DNA of 62,623 nt, filler included, from Choristocarpus tenellus KU-1152 (lineage: Eukaryota; Protista; Phaeophyceae): NCBI GenBank assembly GCA_964200185.2. It is 12 parts of 12 records of this genome, joined end to end, with 100 filler letters (N's around TTAATTAATTAA, not from the genome) between each part and the next. Parts side by side here need not be neighbours in the genome. Positions count along the whole stretch, not along the records: positions 1 to 14,653 come from CAXNAD020001143.1; 11 more parts are not named here. One strand, given 5' to 3'. Each line of letters begins with the position of its first letter. The first letter of the stretch is position 1. Below, in pieces: positions 1 to 12,700 of this stretch. The notes below the pieces were generated by a model. It worked only from the letters and a program-made list of their open reading frames with translations, did not search any database and had not been told where the DNA came from. Made by a program: the position numbers and the translations under genes.

Positions 1-479
1 GGGGTGTATGGAGCAGCAACAGGTTAGAAAGGTTTTGAGCTGAGGACGTGGGAATTGGTGGGTGGGGGAGGGTGTGGTGGATTTTTGGAGATTACATGTA
101 TGCACTCTTCCAGATAATGTGGGAGGTCGATCAGAAGGTATGATTACGCCTGCTGGATAGACAAAACGCTGTGGGGAGGTTGTTCTGTGACATGCATTTG
201 TTGTAGGTGGAGTGGTGAGAGGGGAAGGACTGTGGTCACAGTGTCACGGTTAGCAGCATTGGGCCGGGATGGAATCTTTTTCCCGGCCTCCCCCCCATGT
301 AGGTCAAGGGTATGTGTTTATGCCTGTACTGGTAGTCAAGTCCTGTGATTCATTGTAAGTTTGTTGTCTTGTGTGGGGGGTTTTGAGAGTTGAGGTCGGG
401 GTCGGGTGGGGATTGTTTGAGGGAGGAATGTAAGGGAGTTGTATAGAGTACACAGTAAACAGCGTGCTTGCTCAAAAAC

Positions 480-1987
480 TGCCCCAGGGATGCCATCTGT
501 TCCTAATACTACTGTAGCATGGCAAAGTAGAAAAGAGGAGTTGCTCTTTTCTTGCGAATTCAATGGCTCTCCTGGGCTATACCCTAGGAATCAGGTGGTA
601 CTGCATTTATCCCCCCCTCAACACACACGCGCGCACATTTTTTATCTTTCATGCAGAATTGGTTATCAGAGCCATTTTAACAACTAAATGATTGCGAAGT
701 TGTATTTTTAAAAGTCTTACTGACTTTTTATGATTTCGTCATGGTGGACAAAGGGGGAGACAAGCACCCTCAGACCTCCAGCCCATGTTCACTGGTTCGT
801 GACCATGGTTGCTCAGTCCGCCACTCTGCGATACTCTTGTCCTGTGGCCACCTGTTGCTTTGGGGTTGAATTTTCCCTTTTTTTATTCTTTTGTACAGGT
901 CCAAAATGGGACTGACATTTGTATGTGGGCAGAAAGGTTTGACTACACAAGAAGGCGTTGGCGGTGTATGTATGTCAAGAGACAATACTGCATAGTTGGT
1001 GGTACATACCATAACGCCATACCACTCAGCCAGCTTCCGTTTCTTAGTTGGCAGAAATTGGGGCGTTTATAAATGTTAAGTAGGCAGGTCACCACCGCCA
1101 AAGAAGTGGTGCTACTTGCAACACTTGACGGCTAAGAGCTGATGACCACTGTGTGTAGGACAGAGTTCTCGACACCTGTAAGTATGTTATTATTGTTTTC
1201 GGTGGCTGTGTATCCGCTATAAACTCAGGAAAAACAACACATGGGGGAGGCAGCATCGGAGCAAGCAGACATGCCATTTTTTGCAAGGCTTCAGTGGTAG
1301 ATAATTTTACCGTAAGGGTTTTTTTTTTGTTGTAGGGAAAAGGCTGAAGAGGATTATTCTACTAGTACTTCCATTCTGCAAGGAAGACATTAAGTAATCA
1401 TTGTGTTTTTTTTATTTTTTTTGGTACTGAGAAAGTTAATGCACTATTTATTCACTGACAACTTTTCTTTTGATTGGAGTGTTCTTTTTATCTCGAGAGT
1501 GCCATGGAAGACATCAAATATTTTTTATCTTGTCCGGATTTGGATCAACGTACAGTCATTCCTAATGCATCCATTTCAACACAGAATCAATGTTTTAAAA
1601 TGTTATCGTTTATCACCTGTGTTTTGGAAAAAAGCTCAATTTACCAACTATCCCCAAACAGACAATGCATCGTTCAAATTCCGAAGAATAAATCTTCTGT
1701 TGCCCTTTTTGTGATCTACGTAATAAATGTGAAGAAAAAATCTTCTTGTGCTAGCACTACCAGCTCAACTGGAAAATTATGTTATTTCCAACACATCTCA
1801 TGGACAACAATGTTCTTCTAAAAAGAAGCCTCAATGACTTACTCTGGAGATAGGTTGCCTGAGTATCCCTTTCAAAACGTAGTTGGGCAATGAATGACAA
1901 ATTTATTTATACAGTCCACAAGTCCCACATGCAGTATGAAATCCCTTACCCGTCCCACACGACAAGCTCCAACGAGGATTCCGTTCA
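480..1987 (-). pseudogene. Putative exons of an unidentified gene, with in-frame stops
   Basis: AG/GT-bounded, phase-compatible pieces: VNGILVGACRVGR (~1987-1949), VSRTLSYTQWSSALSRQVLQVAPLLW (~1175-1096), WPQDKSIAEWRTEQPWSRTSEHGLE (~851-776), then YHLIPRV*PRRAIEFARKEQLLF (~600-480). No family recognised. Confidence 0.3.
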
Positions 1988-2537
1988 CCTGCTAACTCCT
2001 CCTTTCAATTCCTAAGCTAGGTTGCTTGTGGTTCAATATTTTCTTAACCCAGTGACATTATCTGCTTTTTGCTCTTGACCCCACTCTTTGAAACAAATAA
2101 TGAAACATTTTTCCCTCTCCTCGTTCTTCTGTCGTTAAACTAGTTTTCATTTTAACAAGCGACCCGCATCATACACCCACAAAGACTGCAGGGCCAGCAT
2201 CAGGATATTTCACAATTGATGGAAGCCTCGTTGTGGTCAGCATTCTTACGTCCTCCTCAATATCGCCATACACTTGATATCAAATATATTGCGTTATAAT
2301 GCCCTCTGACATTTTCCAGATGTGTCAGGGAAAAAGCCATTTCAATATCATAAGGACAACTAACTGTAAAAGTAACAGTTGTCGCAAATGTGAAAGATAT
2401 CTCTACTATATATCTGTGAAGTATATTTCGTGGACAATAGTATATTATTCTATGAATACACCAGGAATGTAATATGTGGTCAAATGTTGGTAGAGCTTCA
2501 TCATTCTAATCACTCTTATGGGAACTAACTCGAGAAT

Positions 2538-2792
2538 GAGTTAAAGTATCTTAGAGGTTTACGAAGTTTTTTGCCTTGTTTGTCCGTTTGAGGCTGGGCT
2601 TCCCACGGGGTTTTTTATGACATTTTCCTACTCCAAAATGTTTCAGAGTAGGCAAAATGTGTACGTTATGAAAAGGTGTCTGGAACATGAATATTGACAC
2701 TTTCTAACAAACACGATAGCCAAAATTACATCAAAATCGCAACATTCGATTTTGGTCCCCAAATGGACGGCTCTATCTACCCTCCAAGAGAT
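2538..2792 (+). mobile_element. MITE family A (~260 bp), degenerate right end
   Basis: Starts GAGTTAAAGTATCTTAGAGG and matches the other family A copies. Confidence 0.85.
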
Positions 2793-3751
2793 GTTGAAAT
2801 ATTCCACACTGAGCCCGCAGCTTTGGTGCTTTGATGAAAGATAATGAATAGCTTGATGTAGATATATGCAAATTTAATATTACAAGGCTTACGGTCTCAA
2901 TTCCTCTCTCTGACTGGCTTCTGTGGTGAGACAGGTGTAGACTGCCATGAGGGGTTTGCAACGTCCACATGGATAATCAGAAAATAATATTATAATCAGA
3001 AAAGAATACTATCACTGTATCATAAATACGTTGTGCAGACTTTACTAAGATATACATACCGAAACATACATCTGTCTCTACTTTCCTCCATTACACCATT
3101 TCTCCACTACTGGTGGTGTTTATCTTCCCTATCTTCTCCACCGATGGTGTTTATAGCGTATCAGCAGCACTATCTACGAACAAGAGATACTTTGGCTCAG
3201 ATCTCAAACTCAAAACTTGAGCAAACCTGCTCACGGGAGAGTAGCAATGGTGCAAGGTTCCTTCTAGCATCTTATAGAGTTACCCATACAGGTGGATGAT
3301 AGCGCTCCCCTCTGCAGAGTGGACGTTCATCACACATGAAGGGAGAAAGTACATTTTAAAAGTCAAAAGCATTCCCCTCCACCACTGTCAGATGTGTGGA
3401 GTCGTGTTATTCCTGAATAATTTTGATCCACAGACCCTACCAAATGAACCGCATGATATCATCGCCATGTCCTCTTGTTAGCCAGGAAGAGTATAATTTA
3501 CCACATGTCACCACCCTTCACGCCGAACGGCATAATAAAGACATCTACGATTTTGTGGGTCTGTACAATATATAGTATCCATAATGTTCCATATATTTTT
3601 GGTTTGAAGGCGACACATGGCCACCTACCTGTCGAATTTCAAGGTAAGGGGGGGGGAAAAGTTGGATTTCTCGTTATTCCCAAAGAACTTGTCATATAGC
3701 GGTCCGTCTTGGCATTCTTTCATAAACGGTCGCTTGTGCCACCAACCACCC

Positions 3752-6700
3752 CTATTGCACTGCACTGCCTGTGTACCTCATACACCGGACAGCACATTGG
3801 TCACGTAAAAACCTGTTGATACCACCTGCACCACAGAAATACAACTCGGTACTGGATTCTGCATCCTTGATTATTTCCTGCAAGGTTTGTTGATCGAGAG
3901 GCAATGTTCAGGTCATTTAGGCACGTGAGTTTTGTCACTTCGTTATTCAGAAAAAACATACAGCAGTTGTTTTGTTCAGGTCTCACTGAAAGGACATATG
4001 GCGTCATTGAAACTACGCCCATCTATGCTAGAAATACACATCTGTTTGAAAAGAGCACCTTTGTACTGGTACACTATTCTATCTGAGTATTCACTATTCA
4101 AATACATATGCTCCTAATTAAGTACTACAGCAATGCTGTTTCAACCTCATATAATCACGCACATGTTAGGTCAAGAGTCTAAATTCGGTGTGAAACACCC
4201 AGCCCAATATCAGGATTTATTATTCCATGTGTTTCTCTAAGAAGATATTCGTCGATCAAATAGTAAGTGTTGCAAATCTCGACTGCCCACCTCTATGTTC
4301 AGGCGACCCATTACCAGCTGCCCTGCATTATTGGGGTTTCTGGTGTCGCAAAACTGCAGGATTTGCACCAGAAAAAGACATGGATGGGGCTTGATGTAAC
4401 CGATGTGGGTACAAGACAGATTGGGGTTGTTCGACTTCAGTTGCATATTAGTTGGGGAATGCGATGAGCTGTGAGAGGTGCGAAAGAAGGGAAGGGGTTG
4501 ATCTGTGGATCCGACAATGTTTCGAAGATCAAACACCGCTTTCCTATCACCAAATAACTTTCCGTAGTTAGCAGCAGAAGACTATCCCATCCCTCAAAGG
4601 TTCACCTTCTTATTCGCTGTGTCACTTCTTATTGTGCAATACGCAGGGACATGTGTGTACCTCAAGATGAAGGCGTCAGATATTCTGGTTTGGCAGTGAG
4701 GATAGAGGATGAGATCTTGCTTGACTTTGCCTTGCTTGAGTCTTCCTTATTACTGGTATTGCATTCCATGTCCGATCCTAGATAAAACATCTACTTCTTC
4801 TGTTGCCATTTCTTATTATCTTTGATCTAATACAACAGAGTAGCCAACCAAAGAATTGTAAGAGTATTTTGTTACTGTTTCAGGTAGAATAGATATTAAC
4901 TGCAAAAGCGAACTGTACTTTCCTGAACTACCTTTTCATGAATCTATGTGGCATTGAAAAGTCAAGCACGATAACTGTGCCCTGCACCTGGATATCCTCG
5001 TGCTGGGTAAACGCCGTGCGAATTGTAAAATATGGGTTCCTTTCCGCCAACAGTGTGTTGGTCACAAACTGCAACAGGGGCAGGCTTGCAGCAGAGTAGC
5101 AAATGGTTACGGGGTGATTTGGTACGAGGCCATTAGCCTTGACAAATGCTATGAAGTCGAGAACTAGCCCAGCCCCAGCACCTGTGCCAATCACCTGCAT
5201 CAGTTTTGAGAAGGCAGTATTTCGGACTGACAATAAGTTATTTCGAATACCCGATCATTCCCTCTATGGTTCGAAGACATGTATTTGCAACTATACTATA
5301 CAAAGATGAGGAAATTTTGTTTTGAGTAGTAGGAGATTTTGTCGTTGTTGAAGTTAAAGCAACAAAAAGGTATATGTATGTTAAAATGCTACACAATCAG
5401 GTAGACAAGTATGCATATCAGAACATTGGAAGCATTGCATGGGTAGTATTTTTCTTACCAGGAGGGGAGGGAGGTTGGGGAATTCTGTAAGTCGACCGTA
5501 CTCTGAACGGTATGGTCCATAAGTAGAAACCGAGACCTCTGCGGAGCTCTTGTTCAGTAGTAGCACTTCCTCGTCTGGAATCTTAGCTGTCTCTGGTTGG
5601 CGGAAGCCACGGTATTGATGGGTCCTTCCCAAGCATGTGCACTCACTAAAGATATAATGAAAAGATGGAAACAGGGGTGGTCACAGGAGCTTCAGGGCAG
5701 GGAGGATATTGAAAAATAAGCTCATCCCATTGTATCCTAGTTAAAAGAACCCAACAAACAGCTGTCCACACAATCACAACTGACAGAAGTCCAAGGGCTC
5801 GTATTCATTAGTTAGTTCTACAGCTCAACTGAATAATCAAGCCTCTTCATGGAGCACCATTAGTCATCCTACTTCAGGAAACAATAATCTCCTCAGATTA
5901 CCATTTACTCGTAATTTCGCTATGGAACAAGATTCTTCACATAGCTTCATGAAGTTACAAAATCAAGGTTTCATTAGGTTATGAGCCTCACATGATTCCC
6001 CCTCGCATTTTTGGTCTACCAAGCGTGTGGGTAACACACACTTGGTCGATTATATAACCCACAGTTAAATTATTTTTGAAGTGTTTCACCATACATAGTG
6101 CATACAGTCGAGCAGAAACTATGCGTGAGAGGAGGGGATAGTCTTATAACCCGCTTGCTTGCGGTGATGCAGATCACGTCAAGATGAAACATTATTTTTC
6201 AGACTAACTGCAGACTAAAATTTATTAGTGAAGCATTATATTTCTGCTGCCACGACTCCCCAGGAAACTTTGATCATGAGTTCAACTCCATGTATTCACA
6301 TTGTCGCACTAGACTCAGGGTCCAAATTGTGAGGATACAGTCTATTTCCGTGCTTCTTACAAAATGCGTACGGAGACCAAGCCTCATCTGGTATTCTTGG
6401 TCCTATAGTTGTAAAGATCTCATCATAGATAATATAAAGCAAGCAAAATACACAGAGAAGTGTGATGGTTGCAACACACCTGAACTCTACATCCTTCCTC
6501 CTTTGAATGCGAACAATTGCCATGATATCCCAAGATCCATCAAGACTGGGTTGTCGTTCCAGTCTGCTATTTTTGAGCTCAATTTCACGCTGGTTGAAGA
6601 ATGTTCTTGTAGAAGTGCGCACAAGGCGCTTGAGATCAATATCGACGCCATCCGTGCTGAAACTGACACGGAGGAACCGCAGGTTACAGTGGCAGTGTAC

Positions 6701-9700
6701 TGAAAATAAAGGGTACAGTGCTTGAGGTCTAAAGTGATACATTCTAAGTAGTAATAACTTGCACAATTGCAGAAGGATAAGGTACGTATGTGCATTTCGC
6801 CCAAGTGAATGTGCCGTAGTGCTGGGTGGACGAAGAGAAGGATGTAGAGTGACCTGTATGGTTCAGTAGGTGTGGGGGTAAGCATCCGTACATAATCATA
6901 CAATACACGATGCTAGCAAATTGACCTCAAGTCAAACAATTCAGAGACATCAACATCCTCTAGACACATAGTGAGTAATCACATAGTTCTGTATATGTGT
7001 ATATATGTATGATTTGGTATGGCATGCTGTGAATCTACCTCCTGTTGCTCTGTTCATATGCTCAACTCAGACTCACCTGCCTCTTTCTTCAGTTGAATTT
7101 ATCACATTTCCCGTGGATGAGTAGAATGTGAATGAGTCAAGACCTGGTTAGAAGTTGTGGTTGGAGGACAAGCTCAATAAAACGATTCCAACGAAAAATG
7201 TCAATAGGGTCGATATAGGGTATATTGTGTATGGTCGCTCTTGCCTGTAACCAGATCTCGCTCTTTGATTCTTTTTTTGGTATGTATTTTCCTTATACGA
7301 ATATGGAATTTCAACAATGGTTTGGTGGCTAGATAGGCCTTCAGAGTGATAGCATCCTTGGCAACCTGATTCACAGCGCATTTAAGGTGTAACCGTTTCG
7401 ATCATTTAATCACCAAAACCAGAGTGATACACTCTCGTAAACAAAACGATCTAAAATTGCACCCTAAAAAAATGATAAGGTATGTCCGGAACAAGGATAC
7501 TGTCTATACTTGAAAAAAAAATGTTATCCTCCCACAGGACTTCCCACAAGACGGATCAGAGTGGGGGGTGGTCACCATCGGGTTACTCCTGAAGAGTAGG
7601 CCCTCTTCGACATGCCAGTGCCAGCAATACTTTAAGCACAACCCTAGCAGCGGTCAAAACTGAGAGTGTTTCCATCCAGGTAGTTGATACGATCTGGCAG
7701 GTACACACGACTTGCTACGACATATTGTCACCTATGTCTACAGTGGCAGTGTACTGAGAAAAAAAGGCTGCATACAGTGCTTGACGTCTAAAGTGATACA
7801 TACTACGTAGTAGTAACTTGCGAAAAAGACAAATAGTGAGGGTATTCATTGCCGCCATTACAAATAACCCCACTACTAACAGTACCCTCTTCAGATTTTT
7901 CGCAACCACCACAATTTATCACATTCACTAAAATTATTGGGTTTTAGAGTACCTGGAAAAACATTCCGAGCCTGACTATTTCGCCTTTCGGACCAACCAA
8001 TATTTAGTCCAAGTATTTTTTGTATTTCAGAGGATGTTACACTGTAGTATACATTATACAAGCACATAAATCGGCACACAGACTGATTGCCCAGAAAAGA
8101 GTGTGAATAATCAATGTCTACAACGTATAGTACCAGTAAGTTCTCAACACAAACGTTCCTTGTATTTTGACTGAAAGGCTCTCACCAGACTGGGACCAAG
8201 GTATCAATCTGTTGCCATTCTTGTAAGCATCATTGCCTGACATTCGTAAAATCACTATAGAATGAGTGCAAACCCCCACTTAAACGGTCCACCTATCAAT
8301 TTCATGCTAGGCAGCCTGGCAAGCAAGTGCACAGGGATTATATATTGAGAGGGATTTATTTCAGGTAGGGCGAGCTCACAAACCTAACCTTACCTATATG
8401 GCAAGGATCACTCACCGCTACTTGTGTCAGCTCTGGGGGTTCCCACCATAAACTTTATTTCATTTGTGTCCCCAAAGGCATCAGCTCCAATCATGGTGTC
8501 CTCTGGCTCCTCCTGTTCTTCAATAAAATCTTCTAAGCTCTTTAACCCTAACCCCTTCAAGTTCTGGCCACTAAAACTGGTTCCAGACCCGAGCCTTCTA
8601 CTTCGCTGTTTGCACAGCTTGTGGGCCCTGCGTCTCTCACAAAATGCTGACGTAAGGGAGAAGCGGTGCCCTGGCCAGCTCACATCTGTTGTGATAGGCA
8701 GTTCAATCGGCATCTTGCCCTGCATGTGTTCAAGATTTGGTTTCTTCCAGTTAGTTGGCATTTGTTACCATTTGTGGGGAATGATATGCTGGTCCAGATC
8801 TTGCACCTTAGTGGTACAGTCCTGGGGTGCTGAGAAAAAGAGGGTTGATAGAACAAGGAACGGTAGCTCTCATTTGTCCGACCTACCTCGTAAAATTGAT
8901 GTCAACTTCAACTAGCCAAGGATTCTAATCTCCATCAAAAACACTTCATACTCGAGCCACGATGAGTCCTTGAAAATAAACAACATTCTGGACCTGAGTT
9001 TCGAGTTTTTTGGGGGGAAGTTCTCCATCTGCGTAAGTCGTGTGTGTATCAGGACTAGGTTGCGCTCCCTCTATGGTTGTTGGCATGTGGGATGAGCAGG
9101 TAGTGAATGGATGTGGCATCTCCCCCCACCGTCTGGAAGGAGTGGGCAGGCATGATCAGTGGAAGTGGAAAAGGTTGAGGGGTATGGGAAGGGGTAGAGG
9201 TGGCGGGTATTAATAGTGGGTTGTGATGTGTACCGCACGAAGAAAATGAAGGACAGATGTACCACAACACATATAAAGTCAAAAATAGTTTATATATATT
9301 GAACCTCATGACAACTTTTTTGACACCGTGTGGTGAGGTCAAGTGAGAGGTTATATGCATCGTGCAGTGCTCTTCGTATTATGAACACGAACGATCAACA
9401 CACACTATAGTAGTAGTGAGAACCATCGATGTATGTGAGTATTAGCATCCCAGAGAAAACAATATCTCCACTACAAGAGTTGGGGAAAAATAGAGCGTCT
9501 ACAGTAATTCTAGGGAACACAGATGAACAGGCTTAGTATGACAGGTGTGATACCTGGTGTAGAAATTAGAGAAGGGCGGCTGGTCACACCTGTGTTGTTT
9601 ACTTCGGGAATCGCTCCTGAGCCAGTAGATATCACATATTCTTTTAGGAATGGTAGTCTGCTTCCACAGCATTAACATGTAGTTCTCATCCAGTGTGATA

Positions 9701-12700
9701 CAAGTAGCCTTTTGTGTCTTCATCCTGTTGTTAGATTGTGGAACAATGTAGACAGCTCTTGACATCAGCCACATCAGTGTCACCTATATCTCTATTACCA
9801 CGATCTCAACTCAGGTGTCCCTCTTTCACCGTCCGTGCCCCACAAAATTTGTGTAAGACACTCTTCACCATTGGGGGTTTAATGACATTATTGTATGAAT
9901 TACCTGTCACCCTGAGTCATGTGAGGATGGTACAAGCGCAAGGAAACCTTGCAACCATTGCTCATCACACTGTTGAATGCTGGTATTAATGAAAGGTTGG
10001 TACAATGTAAGACATTTCATAATCACCATCTTATCAAGAACAGCGGTATCGTAGTATAGCACTAATATCATTGGAATGAGTCCAGGCTTGAGTCTCAGAC
10101 AAATGGTCACAATCTTCCAAGGAACTGCAGTGCATTCAGTCTACAGGGGCTTAAAATCTTCAACCTTGTGATAATCAGCTCTGAGGACCACTGGGAGCAG
10201 TAACAGAAAAACAGAGAAGTGTGGCAACAGTGACCAGGAGGGACAATACTGTGTTTTTTACAAAGGAAACTCATCCCATACCTTCCAACAGGGCACCTGC
10301 CGATGTTAGAGTTGTGCCATTGTTCACATAACATGTACAGGTAAGAGCCCTGCTATGTAACCTTGACCCCCGGATTCTTGAGAGTGAAAGTATCTTAGAG
10401 GGTGCGAGGTTTGTCCTGTTTGTCCATTTGGGGCTTGACTTCCCATGGCGTATTATTATGACATTTTCCTACTCCAAAATATTTCGGAGAAGGTAAAATA
10501 TATACGTTATGAAATAGTGTGTCCAGAATACGGATATTGACACTTCCTAGCAAACACGATATAGCCAAAAATACACCAAAATCGCAACATTGTAATTTGG
10601 CCCCCAAATGGACGCGGCTCCACCCTCTAGGATACTTTGGCTCTGATTTACCAGAAAATGTAAGTCCTCTACAGTACTCAAATTAGAGTGTGTGCGCGAA
10701 ATGCCTTAGTGTACGAGGTGTATTGTCATGTTTACAACAGTTGAAGTCTTCAATATATGTAAATCAAACTACAACTGATACATTCAGTCAATGCTATTGG
10801 GCATTTCCGATAATGCGTATGGAATTAATCGATAACGTTTGTGCTCTAAGAGACGACAGATCTTTCTCAAACGTCCCAGCATAGAATACCATTCAGTCGT
10901 ACAGTATTGTAGAAAGCCTACCCCACAAGCAATCAATCCTAATCAGAAGCTTTTGTAGTAATAGAAGCGAAAGAGTATATTGGATCAGACTGCTGCAAAC
11001 ACAATCACTCAAAATTCTCTTAATATAAAGAGAAGGGATCGCTCGACAATACTACCCACCAACCTGTATGAGGTGGCGCACCAAACTCTGTCGATAATGT
11101 ACCAGACGACAAATGGGGTATTGAGAATCCAGACGTGTGGGTGAGTACGGCGACGTACATTGTCTATGAAATACCCAGCACCCAGCAGCTGATGCAGAGT
11201 CCACAATACAACATGGAATGGACATGGAAAGGGCATCAGCACAATGAAGGTGTGGCAAGGGCGTATGTATGGGTTGGAAGACATCAGCCACATGTTGGAT
11301 GTGAGTGAAAGTATCTTAGAGGGTACGAGGTTTGCCCTGTTTGTCCATGAAAACCTTGACTTCCCATGGTGTATTTTATGACATTTTCCTCCTCCAAAAC
11401 GTTTCGGAGTAGGTAAAATGTGTACATTATGAAAAGGTGTGTCCGGAACATGGATATTGACACTTCCTAACAAACACAATAACCAAAATTACATCAAAAT
11501 TGCAACATTGACGTTTGGCCCCCCAGTGGACGCGGCTCTACCCTCTGAGATACTTTGGCTCATGTTAAGGTCTTCTATGCTTGGAAACTATTTATTTTCT
11601 TCTGTGGTGATTGCAGAGATAGAAACTAAACTGGCTGATTGAACCTTATTGTGAACTAAGTATAGTGCATTATATATGTCACAAAGGCTCCTCTGGAACT
11701 CACGCAATGAACAAATTCTTCCCCTGCCCCTGCTCACCATGTGCAGCCACATTGCCAAAGAGAAGTTGGCACGGAGGGCCCAGGCTGAGCGAGACAGAGG
11801 AAACAGCACGCAGAACATGAGGGTCATCCAACAGATCCTCCAAACATCGTCATAGCCCCAGTTGGCTACCATCCCACTCACATTAACATTGCCCTTGTTC
11901 TCCAGGGTGATCTGTGCATGTGATGGCATAGAGTAACATTGCTATTTTTGTTGCATTTCATGGTATTCTTGTGTGAATACATCCTGCCATTCTTGAAATG
12001 CATCACAATATGACACTCTTTGAATGTAGCAGAGTGTTGTGTCTAGGAGCCGCAAGCTCCTTAATGTATCAGATCTTCACATGCAAGGAATTCATTGTGG
12101 CCTTCAATGTATTGACAGCTGTTGGTTCTTGACCTTTTGTTTTCCGTTTCTGGCCATTGGTTGTGAGGCTTTGGATATGTATGTCATTGTGCCGGTGTTT
12201 CAACTTCCAGGCAACGACACCCACATCTCAATTGCACATAGGACTGTCTATTCTAACATAAATTCGTCCTATTGTACGGTGTAGGAGAGGCTGTTGTGTG
12301 GGTCCTATTTGCTAGCATTCGCACACAAGATCAATTCATGATCTGTTATGCGTTGAAAGCAGGCTGCCTGACCCGCCTTCCTTTTCCAATCACTGATAAT
12401 TAACATATATCCTCGTTCTAGTGACAATAATAGATACTGAGTTCAGCTATAGATACCAGTGTTGAAAGTTGAAGGTACAAGAAGATCGGAATCCTCTTCC
12501 GTGAAACAATCATTAGATCAAGCTGAAGAATGTTGTGGGATATTCAGAAACTTAGCATTGTTAGTGAAAGCTACAATCAATGAGATTGCCCATTCTTTTG
12601 TGTTTTATACACTTGCCTGGAATGGAAAAGCAAATGGCCCTCCGTGGATTCTATTGGAGTAGCCACTGAACATCGAAGGTAGAAAGAGCGACCAAACATG

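Noticed and set aside
3660-3730. Possible SECIS element in the 3' UTR of the NOX-like gene (minus strand ATGAAAGAATGCCAA...TTCTTTGG)
   Set aside because: The 3' side lacks the GA needed for the non-Watson-Crick quartet and the helix is short; not supportable by eye.
8424-8915. Plus-strand ORFs at 8424-8915, 6290-6703 and 56410-56967
   Set aside because: They are antisense shadows of real minus-strand exons.
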